Source: the human T2T-CHM13v2.0 reference genome, Homo sapiens
DNA length: 64,000 nt
Direction: 5' to 3' (one strand)
Assembly: GCF_009914755.1 (NCBI RefSeq)
Contig: NC_060929.1
In this document: positions 1-14,506 of the stretch, one piece after another
How the letters are laid out: every line of letters begins with the position of its first letter
How positions within the stretch are numbered: the first letter of the stretch is position 1
Notes under the pieces: model-generated
What the model was told of the DNA's origin: nothing
Seen by the model: the letters and a program-made list of their open reading frames with translations, nothing else
Databases searched by the model: none
Program-made: the position numbers and the translations under genes

Positions 1-552
1 TAGAATACTCAGTCAGTGTCCACTGAATAACTGGTTGTTGGTGGGGAGAATCACCGTTTTGTGACCAGAAGTAAAGTGTTAAGTGAAAGAGTAGGAAATT
101 TTTTTTTTTCTATCTCAAACAAGTATGTTTTCAACTGGTCACAGTGAAAACAATTCTCCTACTAGGGCTTTTGCTTGGGAGCTGGCAATACAAATGTGTC
201 TCAGGCAAAAAGAACAGGTAACCATCTGTTTTGGGTGATACCAGAAATAACTTGAGCTTCCCAGACAGTTCTAAATAGACTTCCAATGATTTGGATTGCA
301 AATATGTCACTTAAGGGATTTAAAAAAATAAACAGACAAGCATGATCACCTAAAGTTTCCAGTTAAAAAGCACAGTTAAAAAAGTTACAGGGATTTGCAA
401 CTCCCCTGTTCTTTCACATTATCTTATTAATATAAAGTATTTTATCAAATGCATCATTAACACATTCTGTGAAGGCTTGGGTGGTGAGAAGCATCATGAA
501 CACACCTAAGGAGGAAGGCTTTGGAGGTGTTTAAGGATAAAAAGAGTAACTC

Positions 553-872
<320 letters not shown>

Positions 873-898
873 TCAAATATAACTAGTCCTAGTGGCTA

Positions 899-1466
899 CA
901 GTAGAGTCTCTCTTAAACCACCTCCAAATCAGCAACAACCTGAGCACTGACACTCTTCACTGCCGCTGTGAAACATAATTGCTGCTCTACACATCTGGCA
1001 CTTTGGGCTGTTCTCTGCTAAGCCAACTCTCTTCTGTTCTTGCAGATTAATTGCACGCTCATCAAGGGTCATTTGTGTTTGTTCCCCAATCTGTTTTCTT
1101 TTCAAGTTGTGATTGTTATTCTACTTATGTAATCTAATTAAACACAATTGATAAAATGTGACTGGAAAAGAAAAGGTTTTTTTCTATAAAAACATGAAAA
1201 AGCTTTCTGAAAAACCTCAAAAAGGCATAGTACTAAAGAGTCTATAATATTGGGATAATTAATTGATATCTAGGATTCTATACTTGAATAACTTCACCAA
1301 TATGTTTAAACAATGAAATAAAAAGAAGTATCAATTATAAATTTCTTGACGTAGTTTATCTAAGAAACATAGTATGGAATTTAAATGCTTTTTTATTTTA
1401 ATCAAGGTTTTTAGTAACTAACCAAACACTAGTTCTGATGCTCCAGATAAAAGGACCTTTAAACTA
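899..1466. mobile_element. Degenerate Tigger-family DNA transposon (Tigger13-like)
   Basis: Starts ta|cagtagagtctctcttaa and ends cagataaaaggaccttt..act, resembling Tigger terminal repeats, with an internal decayed transposase-start-like stretch. Recalled consensus only. Confidence 0.45.
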
Positions 1467-4089
1467 TCCTCCATGTTCTGAATGCTGGTTAGCCTTTGAC
1501 ATGTGTTCAATTAACTTAATTGTCCTCTTTGAATAACCATGGGAAAAGAACACATATGCATAAACATAAAACTATAATCTCTTTATGATTCTCTGCACCT
1601 GGTAAAACTTCCAATTAAAGTGAAACACCCCATTCATTACACAGCATGTAACAGGAGCAATACACCACCAGGGGTGAAAGCTGTTGGCATTTCCAGGAGT
1701 CGGGGCCAGGTATAACCATTTCATCTGAATTTCCACCTGTTTCTGAAGGGCTTCCACTATATTGTACTCATCTCTCCTCTCTTGGTACCAGCTGTTAGAG
1801 TTTCTTCACATCCTCCATCACCCACAGCTACACATTCAGGAGTGAACTGAACTGGGGCTACATGGTTTTGAAAACTACAGCTTGTATATCAAGTTTGATG
1901 AAATTGTAAATATTAAGGTAGTCTCGAACTCTTGTAAATAAAGATAAAGTTGAAGAAGAAACAAGAGGAATAAAAAGAGCAAACGATGTCAGCACATGAG
2001 TAGAAATGCTAATCCCAATAAAAACCACATTAGAAACAATGAAATTAAGGTCACTTTGCTAATGAATATTTTTGAAAGAAGCCAGAGTGTTACCAAAAAG
2101 AAAAAAAAAAGTCTTTAATGCACAATCTCAGGGGCAGTAAGTGTGCTATGAAGGGGAGAGGGAAGAGGAATGCTGTGTGCGAGGCTTGACTTTCTTACAT
2201 TTCTATAGGTGGCTCATGCCAATAAGCATTGGCTCTTTAGTTGTTGTGAAATGGGCTGTACAAAAGCAAACAGCAAAATAATCACCACAAACCTGTTCAA
2301 CCAAAAGAAAAAAAAACAGAAAAATAATTGCTGTTGAAACATTTTAAGGAGTTTATTAGTTAAAAACTTTTTAACAGAGAGATGGGGAGGTGCATTACTT
2401 CTAAGAGCTGACCCAGGCATGATGGACAAGAATCTCACCACAGGGTCCATATGAATGCTCTCCTTGGCATTTGCCATCACACTGAGTGGATTTCAAACTG
2501 AGTACAGTGCTGAGTGAATAAGAAAGAAAAATAAAAATGGAATATCCAATTACTTTAAGTATGTCCTAACCGAAAACAGAATTCTCTGATAATCATATCT
2601 CCATCCAGCATGGCAAAAGGTTAGCAGGCAGATGAGAATGGATTGCCAGTTATGGCCCCTGATTTTTCTTAATCCAGTATATTATTTGCAGCATGCAAAT
2701 AACAACAATGCCAACAGAACAGTTTCCAAGTTTTGCTATGATAATACTCTACACCTTTCCATGTGTGGAAATATTATTGGTAGTGGTAGCAAGTGTCCTG
2801 GTATTTTAAATTCTGACTTGGGATCAATTAAACATCAAGACAAAAACAAATATCACAAATAAAAAGTTAAAAGGTACTTCTGGGAAACAGAAAACTGTGA
2901 TGTTCTTTATTTTTATGCACTGATGATAAAAGAAGTCTACAAAGCAAACATACACTCTAGTGTAAAGGGCGACATGTTTTCTAGCATATTAATTTCTAGC
3001 ATGGTAGAATGTGAATGAATTAACCAAAAAAAGAAATGAGAGAGCTAAACAGAAGGAGTGGCTGCCTTTGGAACACATACACAATAGATATTATCAAGGG
3101 ACAACTTAGCATTCTACATTCTTTGTGTTTTTCTGGCATTACTGTAATCCAAATATATACAATCTTAAATTTGCATTTCAAAAATAAAATAAAATAAATA
3201 CATTTTAGGAATTAAATCTCATTGTCACATTGAAATACATTAACATATGTTCTGAGAAATAACAAAAGGGCTTTTATATTATGGTTTTTCTTGAGAATTT
3301 AAGTTTATGATTCAAAAAATGTGTATCAATAAACTAAATATTCCTTAGTTGTTTCTCTTATTGAGTTGTTACTATAGACCTAAAGGTAGCTGCTAGGAAT
3401 GTTTTATGCTGAATTAACCAGATTATTGAATATTAGACATATTAGGAGTAAGTTTTTAATATGTTGTCCAAAATCAGACCTACACTGTCAATATTCCGTA
3501 ATCTCTTAACACGTCCCCTGATACAAAAGATTCATTGCAGTCTGTAATGACGTTTACCTGGAAGAGGTCATATCTTTTAATCCTTCCAGCTGCTTATACA
3601 TTTCTATAGCAGGGATGAATTTTTAATTTGCATTGTATTTTCATGGGCATGTGGGTACTACGTTTAAATATTTAATTATTTTAAAAATAAAATAGGAAAG
3701 ATAAAATAGCTTAAAGTGTATTGATGCTCTGAATAACTTTATGAGTGAATAGATACTGAAATTTGAAGTCAGTGTTTTGCACAACAAATCAAGATTTGGG
3801 ACTGGACTTACTGGGTTGGGGACTTCTTAGGGATAACGGTGGTGCTATGAGCATGCTGGAAAGATGAGAAGCAAAAGCCTGGAATTGGGAGTCCTGTACT
3901 GTCTTTAGGGTATGCAAAGAGGCTCCTTCTTTCTAGGTGTTCATCAGTACAATATGACCACTGAAGGGCAAAATTTCCTGTCTTGACCCCAGGATGTTAA
4001 AAGAAAGAACAATAAAAGTTTTGTTTCTTCTAAGCAAAGTTTTGTGATCTAACAGTTGATGACTCTAGCCAAGAGCAAGATGTTTGTCT

Positions 4090-4240
4090 TCTGAAAACCA
4101 GGCTTGTAACCCACCCATGCTAGGGTACTAGCTAACATAACCTTGGGCATTTTTTTTTTTAACTTTTTAAGCCAAAATTTTTTCATCTATACAATGGTAG
4201 TAAAATGCTATCCAACTCACAGGGTTATCTGAGTCTTAAA
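4090..4240 (+). mobile_element. MIR fragment
   Basis: aaccttgggca...tttcatctatacaatggtagtaaaatg...ctcacagggttatctgag resembles the MIR core. Confidence 0.55.
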
Positions 4241-5660
4241 GTTGTCCGTTAGGTACCCTGCATCTTTAAGCCTTTGGTTGTTTGTTATCATTACCATTCT
4301 TCTCAGAAAAGAGGGAAATTAAGTTTATCATTTACAAATATAGAAGAAAGATGAGTAACAAAGAACTAAATGATTTTTCAATTCACACTGATCAAGTCCT
4401 TTTGACTTTTTAAAATTAACTTCATTCGAAATACTTTTATATACATGATAGAGTATTTCATTTGTTCTTTATATTAACCCTAAAAAATAAATTGGATGAT
4501 TCTGGTCTTCAGTATGGTACAAGTAGGGGAAGAAGATGTGGAATTGTGGTCATCTCTGCTTCCTTGGAAGTAAAGAGCAGAATACACAGAGAAAAACCAA
4601 ACTCACAACTTCTTAATAAGGTAGGAATATACTTTATATGTTTTCAAAAAATAAAGTTTCAAACACTCCTATATAGCAAGAAATAAATTATTTGAAATTT
4701 AGGAGGGAAAATATAGAGTATATCTCATCAGTTAAAAATAGTAATTTTGCCAAACAGATGTTGGCAGTTAGGAAATCTTTTAAAAACTCACATATTCTAT
4801 GTTTTATAAAGTTTTATTTCTACTTCCTCTAAATAGCATAATATAATCTGATCTAACGTTTTCTAACGTTGAAGAATAAATTATTATAAATTGAGAGAAC
4901 ATCATTCTTTTATTTTTTGATTTCATTACTCTGACCTAAATTTAGAAAACAAATTATTTTTAATGATCAAAAGCTACCTCATTCTCATCACTGACTAGAT
5001 TCATTCATAAAAGAATTGCATCTGTAACACAAGTTTTACAGTTAATTTTATGAAGAGTGAATAGAACAATATATATGTTTCTGGCATTCACAAATTCCCT
5101 CAAGGTCATTACAACTTATTTTTCCAGCTGTATCTCTGATTATTATTACACGTGCATTTTGCTTTTAAATAACAACTAAAAGTATTTAATTCATCAATTT
5201 TTTTTGCCTGTCTACAGAGTCCAAACACTATGCTAGATGCATGGAAATCTATAAAGACAGGAGAGATCTTTGCACTTGTCACATGTATTCTAGAAAAGAA
5301 AAGACGCATAAACAACAAATTGAAACACAAGAACATTATAAATGATAGAGGAACAAATGCTTTGCCAAAGTGAAAAATGTATGTGTTTTATTTTGGTAAG
5401 AGGTGGAAACCACTGAAGTTTTGAAAACAGACAATAATCTAAGAATGGAGAAAATCTACAGTTCAATTTTTTAAAAAATCTACAGTTCAATTAAAAAAAT
5501 TCACCTTGCATTGTAATTTACCTTGAATTATTTTGAATGTCCTAATAACATAATCAGGGTATTTTGTTAGCAGAAATTTTACATAATTTTAAAAATCATA
5601 TGAGTCTTAGGATTTGGGATTTATAATTTGTAACTGTAAATGTGTGAAACATACAAACAT

Positions 5661-7165
5661 GTGGGTTAGAACATGCTCCTTTAGCTAAGAGGAGTTTGTT
5701 ATTACCTACCTTCTGAAGCCTTCTTCTGTCAATTCGTCAATCTCATTCTCTGTCCAGTTTTGCACCCTTGCTGGACAGTTGTTGTGATCATTTAGAGGAG
5801 AAGAGGCATTCTGGCTTTTGAAATTTTCAGCATTTTTGCGCTGATTTTTCCTTATCTTCATGGAGTTATCTACCTTTGATCTTTGAGGCTGATGACCTTT
5901 GGCTGGAGTTTTTGTGTGGGGGTCTTTTTTGTTGATGTTGTTGTTGTTGTTTTCTGTTTGTTAGTTTCTCTTCTGCCAAGCCCTTCTTCTGCAGGTCAGC
6001 TGCAGTTTGCTGGAGGTCCACTCCCAGACCCTGTTCACCTGGGTATCATCACTGGAGGCTGCAGAACAGCAAAGACTGCTGCCTGCTTCTTCCTCTGGAA
6101 GCTTTGTCCCAGAGGGGCACCAACCTGACGCCAGCCAGAGCTCTCCTGTATGATGTGTCTGTCGACCCCTGTTGGGAGGTCTCTCCCAGTCAGAAGGCAC
6201 GGGGGTCAGGACCCACTTGAGGAGGCAGTCTGTCCCTTAGCAGAGTTGGTGCGCTGTGCTGGGAGAATCCCCCTTGTCAGGATCAGCTGCTCTCTTCAGA
6301 GCCAGCAGGCAGGAAAGATTAAGTCCACTGAAGCTGTGCCTGCAGCTGCCCCTCCCTCCATGTGCTCTGTCCCAGGGAGATGAAGGTTTTATCTGTAAGT
6401 CCCTGACTGGGGCTGCTGCATTTCCTTCAGAGATGCCCTGCCCAGTGAGGAGGAATCTAGAAAAACAGTCTGGCCACAGCTGCTTTGCCGCGCCTCTTTG
6501 GCACTGTCACGGGAAAACCACCTACTAAAGCCTCAGTAATGGCGGATACTCATCCCTTCACCAAGCTCATCAACCCAGGTGGACTTCATTCAGGCTGCTG
6601 TGCTGGCAGTGAGAATTTCAAGCCAGTGGTTCTCAGCTTGTTGGGCTCCATGGGAGTGGGACCTGCTGAGTGAGACCACTTGGCTCTCTGGCTTCAGCCC
6701 CCTTTCCAGAGGAGTGGCCGGTTCTTCTGTCTCACTGGGATTCCAGGCACCGCTAGGGTACAAAAAAGGACCTCCTGCAGCTAGCTCAGTGTCTGCCCAA
6801 ACAGCCGCTCAGTTGTGTGCTTGACACCCAGGGCTCTGGTGGTGTAGGCTCATGAGGAAATCTCCTGATCTGCGGATTGCAAAAATCCGTGGGAAAAGCG
6901 TAGTACCCAGGATGGGTAGCACAGTCCTTCACGGCTTCCCTTGTTTTGGGGGAGGGCAGGTCCCCCGGCTCCTTGCGCTTTCTGGGAGAAGCGACGTCCC
7001 ACCCTGCTTCTGCTCGCTCTCTGTGGGTTGCACCCACTGCCTAACCAATCCAGTGAGATGAACTGGGTACCTTAGTTGGAAATGCAGAAATCAACTACCT
7101 TCTGTGTTGGTCTCGCTGGGAGCTGCAGACCAGAGCTGTTTCTATTCGGCCATCTTGGCCCCTCC
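5661..7165 (-). mobile_element. L1PA (roughly L1PA8-13 age) 5' UTR plus start of ORF1; remainder of element absent
   Basis: Minus strand begins GGAGGGGCCAAGATGGCCG, the L1 5' end with a YY1 site at 7149-7157. ORF1 N-terminus from 5861 reads MKIRKNQRKNAENFKSQNASSPLNDHNNCPARVQNWTENEIDELTEEGFRR*. Similarity stops abruptly at ~5661 with no poly(A). Confidence 0.9.
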
Positions 7166-7264
7166 AAAAAGGGCTTCCTTTTTTACACTTAAGAAATTGT
7201 TAAGGGACTAGCACTATCATATTCTGCCTTGAATCTAGTCGTGAACATGGTATTTTGCTGACTC

Positions 7265-7715
7265 ATATTAGGTATGAGACAGTTCAGTTGTGAGTGACAG
7301 AAAACCCAAACTAACTATGTCTTAAATAGAAAGAGGCTTCTTATTTGGGTAAATGTGTGACTACGCAGAAGGGGCTGATAAATCAGGGCCCCAGGTATCC
7401 TCTGTCTCGTTACCCAGTGTATATACCTGATCCCACGGTCCAAGATGGCAGCCTCTGAGTTCCTGGAAGGATGGAGGCAGGGATGAAGAGGGGAGAAGAG
7501 GATGTGTGGATACTCTCTGTTAAAAAAAAATTCCTAGGAACCACCATGTGACACTTTTGCTTATATGCCTTTGACCATTTGAGAGTCTCATCAACAATAG
7601 TTGGCCACATCTATTGTTGGGAATGAGAGGTTGGGAAATATATTTAGCTAATAATCTCTTTAATATGAAAACAGATGGAAAGGATGTTGGGTAACAGTTA
7701 AAAGTCCTGACTATA
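7265..7715. mobile_element. Possible old MaLR (MLT1-like) LTR
   Basis: cagttgtgagtgacagaaaacccaaactaact...ttaaatagaaagagg and later caagatggcagc resemble MLT1 LTR consensus; highly diverged. Confidence 0.35.
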
Positions 7716-8054
7716 ACTCTTAATAAATATTTGTTGAATTATTGAGAACATGCATTTATTAATCACTGGCTTTATGGCCAATACATGACTAAACATCCTT
7801 TGTATAATCTTCACAACAATTTTAAGAGGCCATCTATTTTTGTTGACTCTTTGTATATAAAGAAGACATACCTTTGAGTGGCCCAGTAACTTTGTTCAAG
7901 GTGACAGTCAATGGCCAGTAGAACCCAGGATCACTGATCTTGAACATCCTCTTCCTTCACCATATAATATAACTGCTTATGTAAATGTGCTTCACTTGCA
8001 TTACATTTAAACATCCAGAGAACAGGTAATGTGGTTTATCCTCACTTTATTTAT

Positions 8055-8400
8055 TAATGCATTCAAATATATTTACTGAGCAAATAAAAAATATTCTCAG
8101 TCTTGGGGATATGAAAACATTATGATAGCATATCTGTTTCATTTTTTTATGAAAGGTTAGTCACTAGTCACCAGTCACTGAGATTGACGAGAATACAAAG
8201 AGAGCCAACAAATAGTATTCCTGCCCTCATGCAGCTTACCTAATAAACAATATCTTACATAGTCTAATTACTAGCTGCGGCAAGGGCTGTGCTAGAAAAG
8301 AACAAGAAGCTGTGAAAATATATATTAGAATGGAATCTAGTTGAGGAGAGGGATAGGGTTAGGGAAAGCTTCCCTGAGGAACTGGCATCTATACAGCAAT
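8055..8400 (-). mobile_element. L2 3' fragment
   Basis: gcattcaaatatatttactgagca...cctgccctcatgcagcttacc...agggaaagcttccctgaggaact matches the reverse complement of the L2 3' end. Confidence 0.55.
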
Positions 8401-10987
8401 TGGCACATGGGAAATAATAAATATATTGAATGAATGAATAAATTCATTAATTTAAATGAAGTTGGGGGTCTCTTGGGAATATGTTTTTTCTAAGCATGGA
8501 AAAAAAGAATGAAGTACCCTTCAAGAAGTCCCATGTGGCTGGAACTCACAGAGTAAATTCCTCACATTTCCCAGAACATAATTGCTTGTTGAATGAAATC
8601 AAATAGCTTTTTCTCTCTGAAATGTCCACAGAATGAAGTAGAAAACTTCCATATAAGATAATTTGAAATGTTTTCTCCACTCCAATAAGCCCACAAGGGC
8701 AGAGAAAACTTATATATTGTCCAAATAGCTCTCTACAAATAGTAGCTGCTCAACAAATATTCATTCATCTACTGTAGATTTGAGACTCAGAAAAACATTC
8801 CAAAAAGTATCAGATAATGCATTGATGTTTCAAAATTTATGTACATCTTTCCAAATCCAGGCTAATGCATGCTCTTAAAAAAAAGAAGCTAAGATACATT
8901 GGCAATTCTATTTAAATGTCTGGGTTTTTTGTTTGTTGTTTGTTTTGTTTTGTTCTGTGAGAATCACATTTTGGTTTAAGAGCTTCTGGAAAGCTGACAT
9001 TATGTAAAAATACTGGCTTAGGCTGGGCCCCTGCAAAGAAAAGTAAGATTAAAATATTCACATATACTTCTAAAATTCAGTACTTCATCTCTTAACAACA
9101 CTAATGATAGTAATAAACTAAGGAGACCTGCATTGAACATAGTTTTTCTTTTTTTAATCTGAGAAATGAAAATACAGCCCATGTATTATGAATTCAGAGA
9201 AATAAATGTTTCAAAGTGATTGAAGCATTAAGTATATAATAGAAGCAAGAAAATGTGACAGGCTATTTGTGGGGGGAAAAAGGAGAGCTTGATTATTTTC
9301 TTCAAGAGCCAAAATCATAACAAAATAAAGTGATCTATACCAAGTACACTAGCATTAGGATGAAATAGCTACTACTTTAATTAAATATATCAGTTTTGGG
9401 AAAACAGCAGCAGTGGTAGCAAAAACATCAAAAGCAAATACATGGAGAAAATGTAACCAACATATGATATAAAAAAGAAATGTTCTGAAAAAGGCATTAA
9501 AGGAGAATAAATACACTCATTTAGAACCTCAAAGTTCAGTGTATCTCTTCTCTAGAGTCCTGCAAAATGATACTTTCAGGTGAGCTATAGTCTCAGAAAC
9601 TGTTTTGATGAAAATGGAAATAGGAGAAGATGAAACTTCATTTAGAAGTTCCCAAATGTTCCCTAACTATCTCTTTCAACTCTAAGTGGATGTCACTCAA
9701 CCTCCCACTCCACTAGATGGGGCCATGGGACTCATAAATGGCCAACGGCTTAGAAGCAGAAGTGTCACATGGCAGTGGTGTCCATTTAATCCACTTCCAC
9801 TCTCTATCCAGAGCAACAAGTAGTTTTCCAACTCAATGCTATACACCCTTATCAGGATTTTTCTCCAAGTTAATCAAAAAGCTGATGAACTCCTTTTCTT
9901 GAATTTGATAGATATCTTAGTAGTTAATGATGCATCCTCAAGCTCTCTTAGTATTTCATCTTTTATTTTTATTTCAACAGCTGCCAGTCTAGTTTAGGCC
10001 CTCCTTATATCTGCCTCCAGGCAGTTAGCTGTAAAAGCCTCCTAGCTGGTATCCTTGCTCATAGGTTCCCCTCTCTCTAAAGCACAATTCAACAATTATT
10101 CCATTAAATTTTACTGAAAGCTTCATCAGCACTAGGCATTGTGTTAGGTATTCAGAACACGGACCACTTACATGTCATCTTCCTAAACTCTAGTTCTGAC
10201 AGTATCAATACCCTTCCATAATCAAGTGCCACCTTAGTCTAAATGTGATGTATTTTCACATTTTGGCATCTCCTTACCTTTTCAATCTTTTATCCTCCTA
10301 TTACCCCTACAGATATGCAACTCTTCACTATAATAAGACTTTACTCTGATGTCCGTTGAGCTTTCTCCATCCCCAGTGCGACTTTGTTTATTCTATTCTC
10401 TCTGTCTGGAATAACTTCCTTAATGTCATCCTCAAAGATGCTAAATATGCTAAACCATCTTTAATAATTAAAATGTAAATGGATTTTCGATGTTTTCATT
10501 ATATTCCAGTTGCACAGAAAACAAGTATTTCTTAAGAACTCCTAGGACCCAGTTAAAAATTTAACAGTAAAACATTTAAAGCCTGGTCTTATGAGGTTGT
10601 GAATATTTTCACAACCCTTTTACTATTTAGTCATAACTTAATTATTGAAGGCCTCATGTTGTAGGCAAAAATCCAATCCCTTGGAAACAATTAAGCATTA
10701 TTACCATTTTTAGTTCATGGAGGAATGTGGATTCCACCTAAGGATGTCACTAGTAGAGGCAGGTTAATAATAAAATACCATCAAGGCAGCATAGATTGTT
10801 ATGTTTTGGATTTGTAATGTCTTGATGCCATCCATTGCTTTAAAATGTTTCACACTGATGTCTCATTTTGAAGAGCAATATGCTTTTCTCCAGCATTTTG
10901 ACTTATTTAATGAAGTTGTTTCTAATAATAAAAGGACACATCTTAGGTGAAGTATGTCTCTTTTGCTAGACTATGAGTTCCATCACG

Positions 10988-11168
10988 GTAGTGATTTCTA
11001 CATTTTCTCGGGATAACCAATATCAAAATTCGCTGGGGGTATCTGCCCGTTATGTGTTCCCCTGGGTTCCAAATCTCACCTCCTAAATAAGAAACTTTAA
11101 GGTTGGGAACCATATTTAAAAAGCTCTTCAGATAATTTTTATGTGGTTAAAATTTGAGAACCATTGCC
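10988..11168. mobile_element. MER5-type hAT-Charlie element
   Basis: Ends aaaagctcttcagataattttt atgtggttaaaatttgagaaccattg, a MER5A-like terminus. Confidence 0.55.
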
Positions 11169-11216
11169 CCAGGCTAGAGATGAATGAACTGCTTGTTTAT
11201 GGAAAATTCAAATTTT

Positions 11217-11527
<311 letters not shown>

Positions 11528-11689
11528 TTAAAATTTTATGGGATATAACAGTTACTTAATATAGCCTTAAGAAAATCCAAGACTGCCCCACAGTCACTAA
11601 CAGTGTCCACTGCTCCCCCTCAAAATAAAAGGGAACTACCAAGAGTTGTCAAAGAGAGGATAGTGAAGAGGTTACAAATGCTTTAGGGC

Positions 11690-11890
11690 TGCCCCTCACA
11701 CTAGCTGCCCGGGTTTGACTCCCAACTTTTCAACTTACTAAGTTTAGTAAACATAGACAATTTATTTAGCTTTCTGTGCCTAGATTTCTCCACCTGAATA
11801 ATGGGGATAAGAACAATACTGGTTAGACGGAATTACAGTCAATACATGCAGAGCAGTTGAAACTGCAGCACATAGTGCTGAAGTGCTAAC
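11690..11890 (+). mobile_element. MIR
   Basis: gggtttgactccca...tttctgtgcctagatttctccacctgaataatggggataag matches the MIR core. Confidence 0.6.
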
Positions 11891-14122
11891 TGTTAGATCT
11901 TAAAGCTAATACATAACACTACGGACAATGAAACTAATTTCTAACCTAAATATGGAAAATATATAACTTTTTCTACAATTAAGTCTAACTACATTCAATT
12001 AGTTTTAAGCAACAACAACAAACTCCCTTAAATAGAAATGGTTTTAAATTAATAGCCTCTTCAAAAAAGTAAACCTTTCAGAATCAGACCACGTGGCTTA
12101 GTACTGTCACATTTTCAACACAAGGAGGTTTTCAGTGAGGCACTGGGGCAGAACAAATTTGCACAGTGTCTGCTGTGGACATAAGGGATTTCTTCAGCCC
12201 TATGCAAATAGTAATCCCACTAGTTCCCAGAAGATAAACATGAAGAGACAACGAAACCTTTAGCTCAGATGCTCACTTACTTCTGCTTCTCTGAATTTCT
12301 CACCTTTGGGGACTTGAGAACAGGCTGCCAGTAAACTTTCTATGCTCTTGCAAGAAGCCCTGATGCAGTTCTATTAGAACTAATTGTTACATTAGAGGCA
12401 ATATGAGAATCTAATTCATAAATAGCATTTCCCATAGGCAGGTCTCATAAGCAATTTTAATACCTTTTGTTGAGATAGTTTCAGATTCGCAAGGGAATAC
12501 TGGAGAGTGCATTTACCAACATAGGAGAAGAGTTACAATAAGAAACTCTCAAAAATGATAGGAACTCAAAAATGATAGGAACTCAGCGTGCTAACTCCTT
12601 TAGTCCTAAGTGCCAGAAATAGGGATACAGAGTCCAGGGGCAATTTAACTGGTCATGTGAAGAGATATCAAGACGGAACCAGAGTGAATTTGCCATGAAT
12701 GTGACTGAGGTAGATTGTAAAACCAGAGGTTCTCAATTTTGAATTTTTTTTATGATAAAAGCAAGTTGTTACCTTCAATCAATTCAGATTTTCTCCATTT
12801 CACTGTACCATATCATAAACTAAATAAAAAGAAGGTATTTTGGTAATATTCATGAAACAAATGGAAACCAACTGAACAAGAAGGCATTTAAAATCTCAAA
12901 CTTTGTAAATATAATAGCGAAATTAGAAAAGTTTTCCTCATGGTCAAAATGTATAGCAAGTATATTTAAAAAGTCTTTTATATAATAAGCTTGGTTAAAC
13001 TGAATTGTCTACTGAGAGTCTGCTAAACTCATGCTAGTAGATGCTAAAAACTGTGTTAAAGTAATTCTCTATAACTCTTTGTGTTCTGTATTTTATGAGA
13101 AACAGTAATAAAAATAGTTTGTATATCTGACATTTTTACAAGGGTAAATATTACAAATTTCATAAGCTATAAATATACTAGTATTTTAGAGCTTCTTTTC
13201 TAAAATAAGTTAATCTTGGAGAAGATAATTTTACATTAACAATATTACATCTAAAGTTTCTAAACTCATGGTGTGATTATAATAATACATTTATAAAAAT
13301 GTGCAAGAAGCTAAATCAAACATTTATTCTTTTAACATTTGAGGAAAAAAAAACAAAAACAAACAAACAAAAAACAGAAGTGGGATAGGAGAAGGCAGAA
13401 GTTTTACAAGGTTTAACTGGTAGACTTCCTGGCAAACATCCTACAAATACTGCCCAAGCCCATCTAGCCTTGCCTATAAAAGTGGTTTGCAGTGATTATG
13501 GAGTAAAGTATGGGTCACTAGGATTTACAGGAAGTATGGTTCCTCTGCTCTCTGGATTGGTGAGGCACTCCCCGTATAAATATAAATGCACCACATGTGG
13601 TACCAATGGATCATGCTTAGCCAATTAAAATGTGAATCTATAACAGCCGAACATAGTAAACTGAGTCGCCAGGGCATTCTTAGTATCACACAGTGCAGAA
13701 TAATTGCCATGTGAAAACAAATACTATCTTTCTCCTTTTTTTTTTTTGTTCAGTATTCCCTATTCTTCTATTAGTCAATTACTGACATCTATTTAACATA
13801 GTTTTATTTAAAGGTGCCATGGGAATAGACTTAAACTAACTCTGATTCCTACTCTCAAGTTGTTTATGGTATAGGAGGAGAAGGAAAAGCAAACAATGAC
13901 TATAAAGGTATTTTAGTTACTATGATTTTGATATATAGTTGACCGAGTGGGATAAAAGGATTGTAGTCACTTCTACCTTTGAAGATAAAAGGCAGGGCTT
14001 TCAGGGATTACTTCACAGAGAAGGGAATGATGGGGCTGAATCTAAAGAAGACTGGAAGCTGGTCAATAGATGAACCATGCAGTGCATGTATTGAAGCGCA
14101 GAGGCAGAATAAGCTGGATTAA

Positions 14123-14506
<384 letters not shown>

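Noticed and set aside
5883-7061. Cluster of overlapping short ORFs in a GC-rich stretch (possible CpG island or small gene)
   Set aside because: Explained by the L1 5' UTR; no splice or protein-family support.
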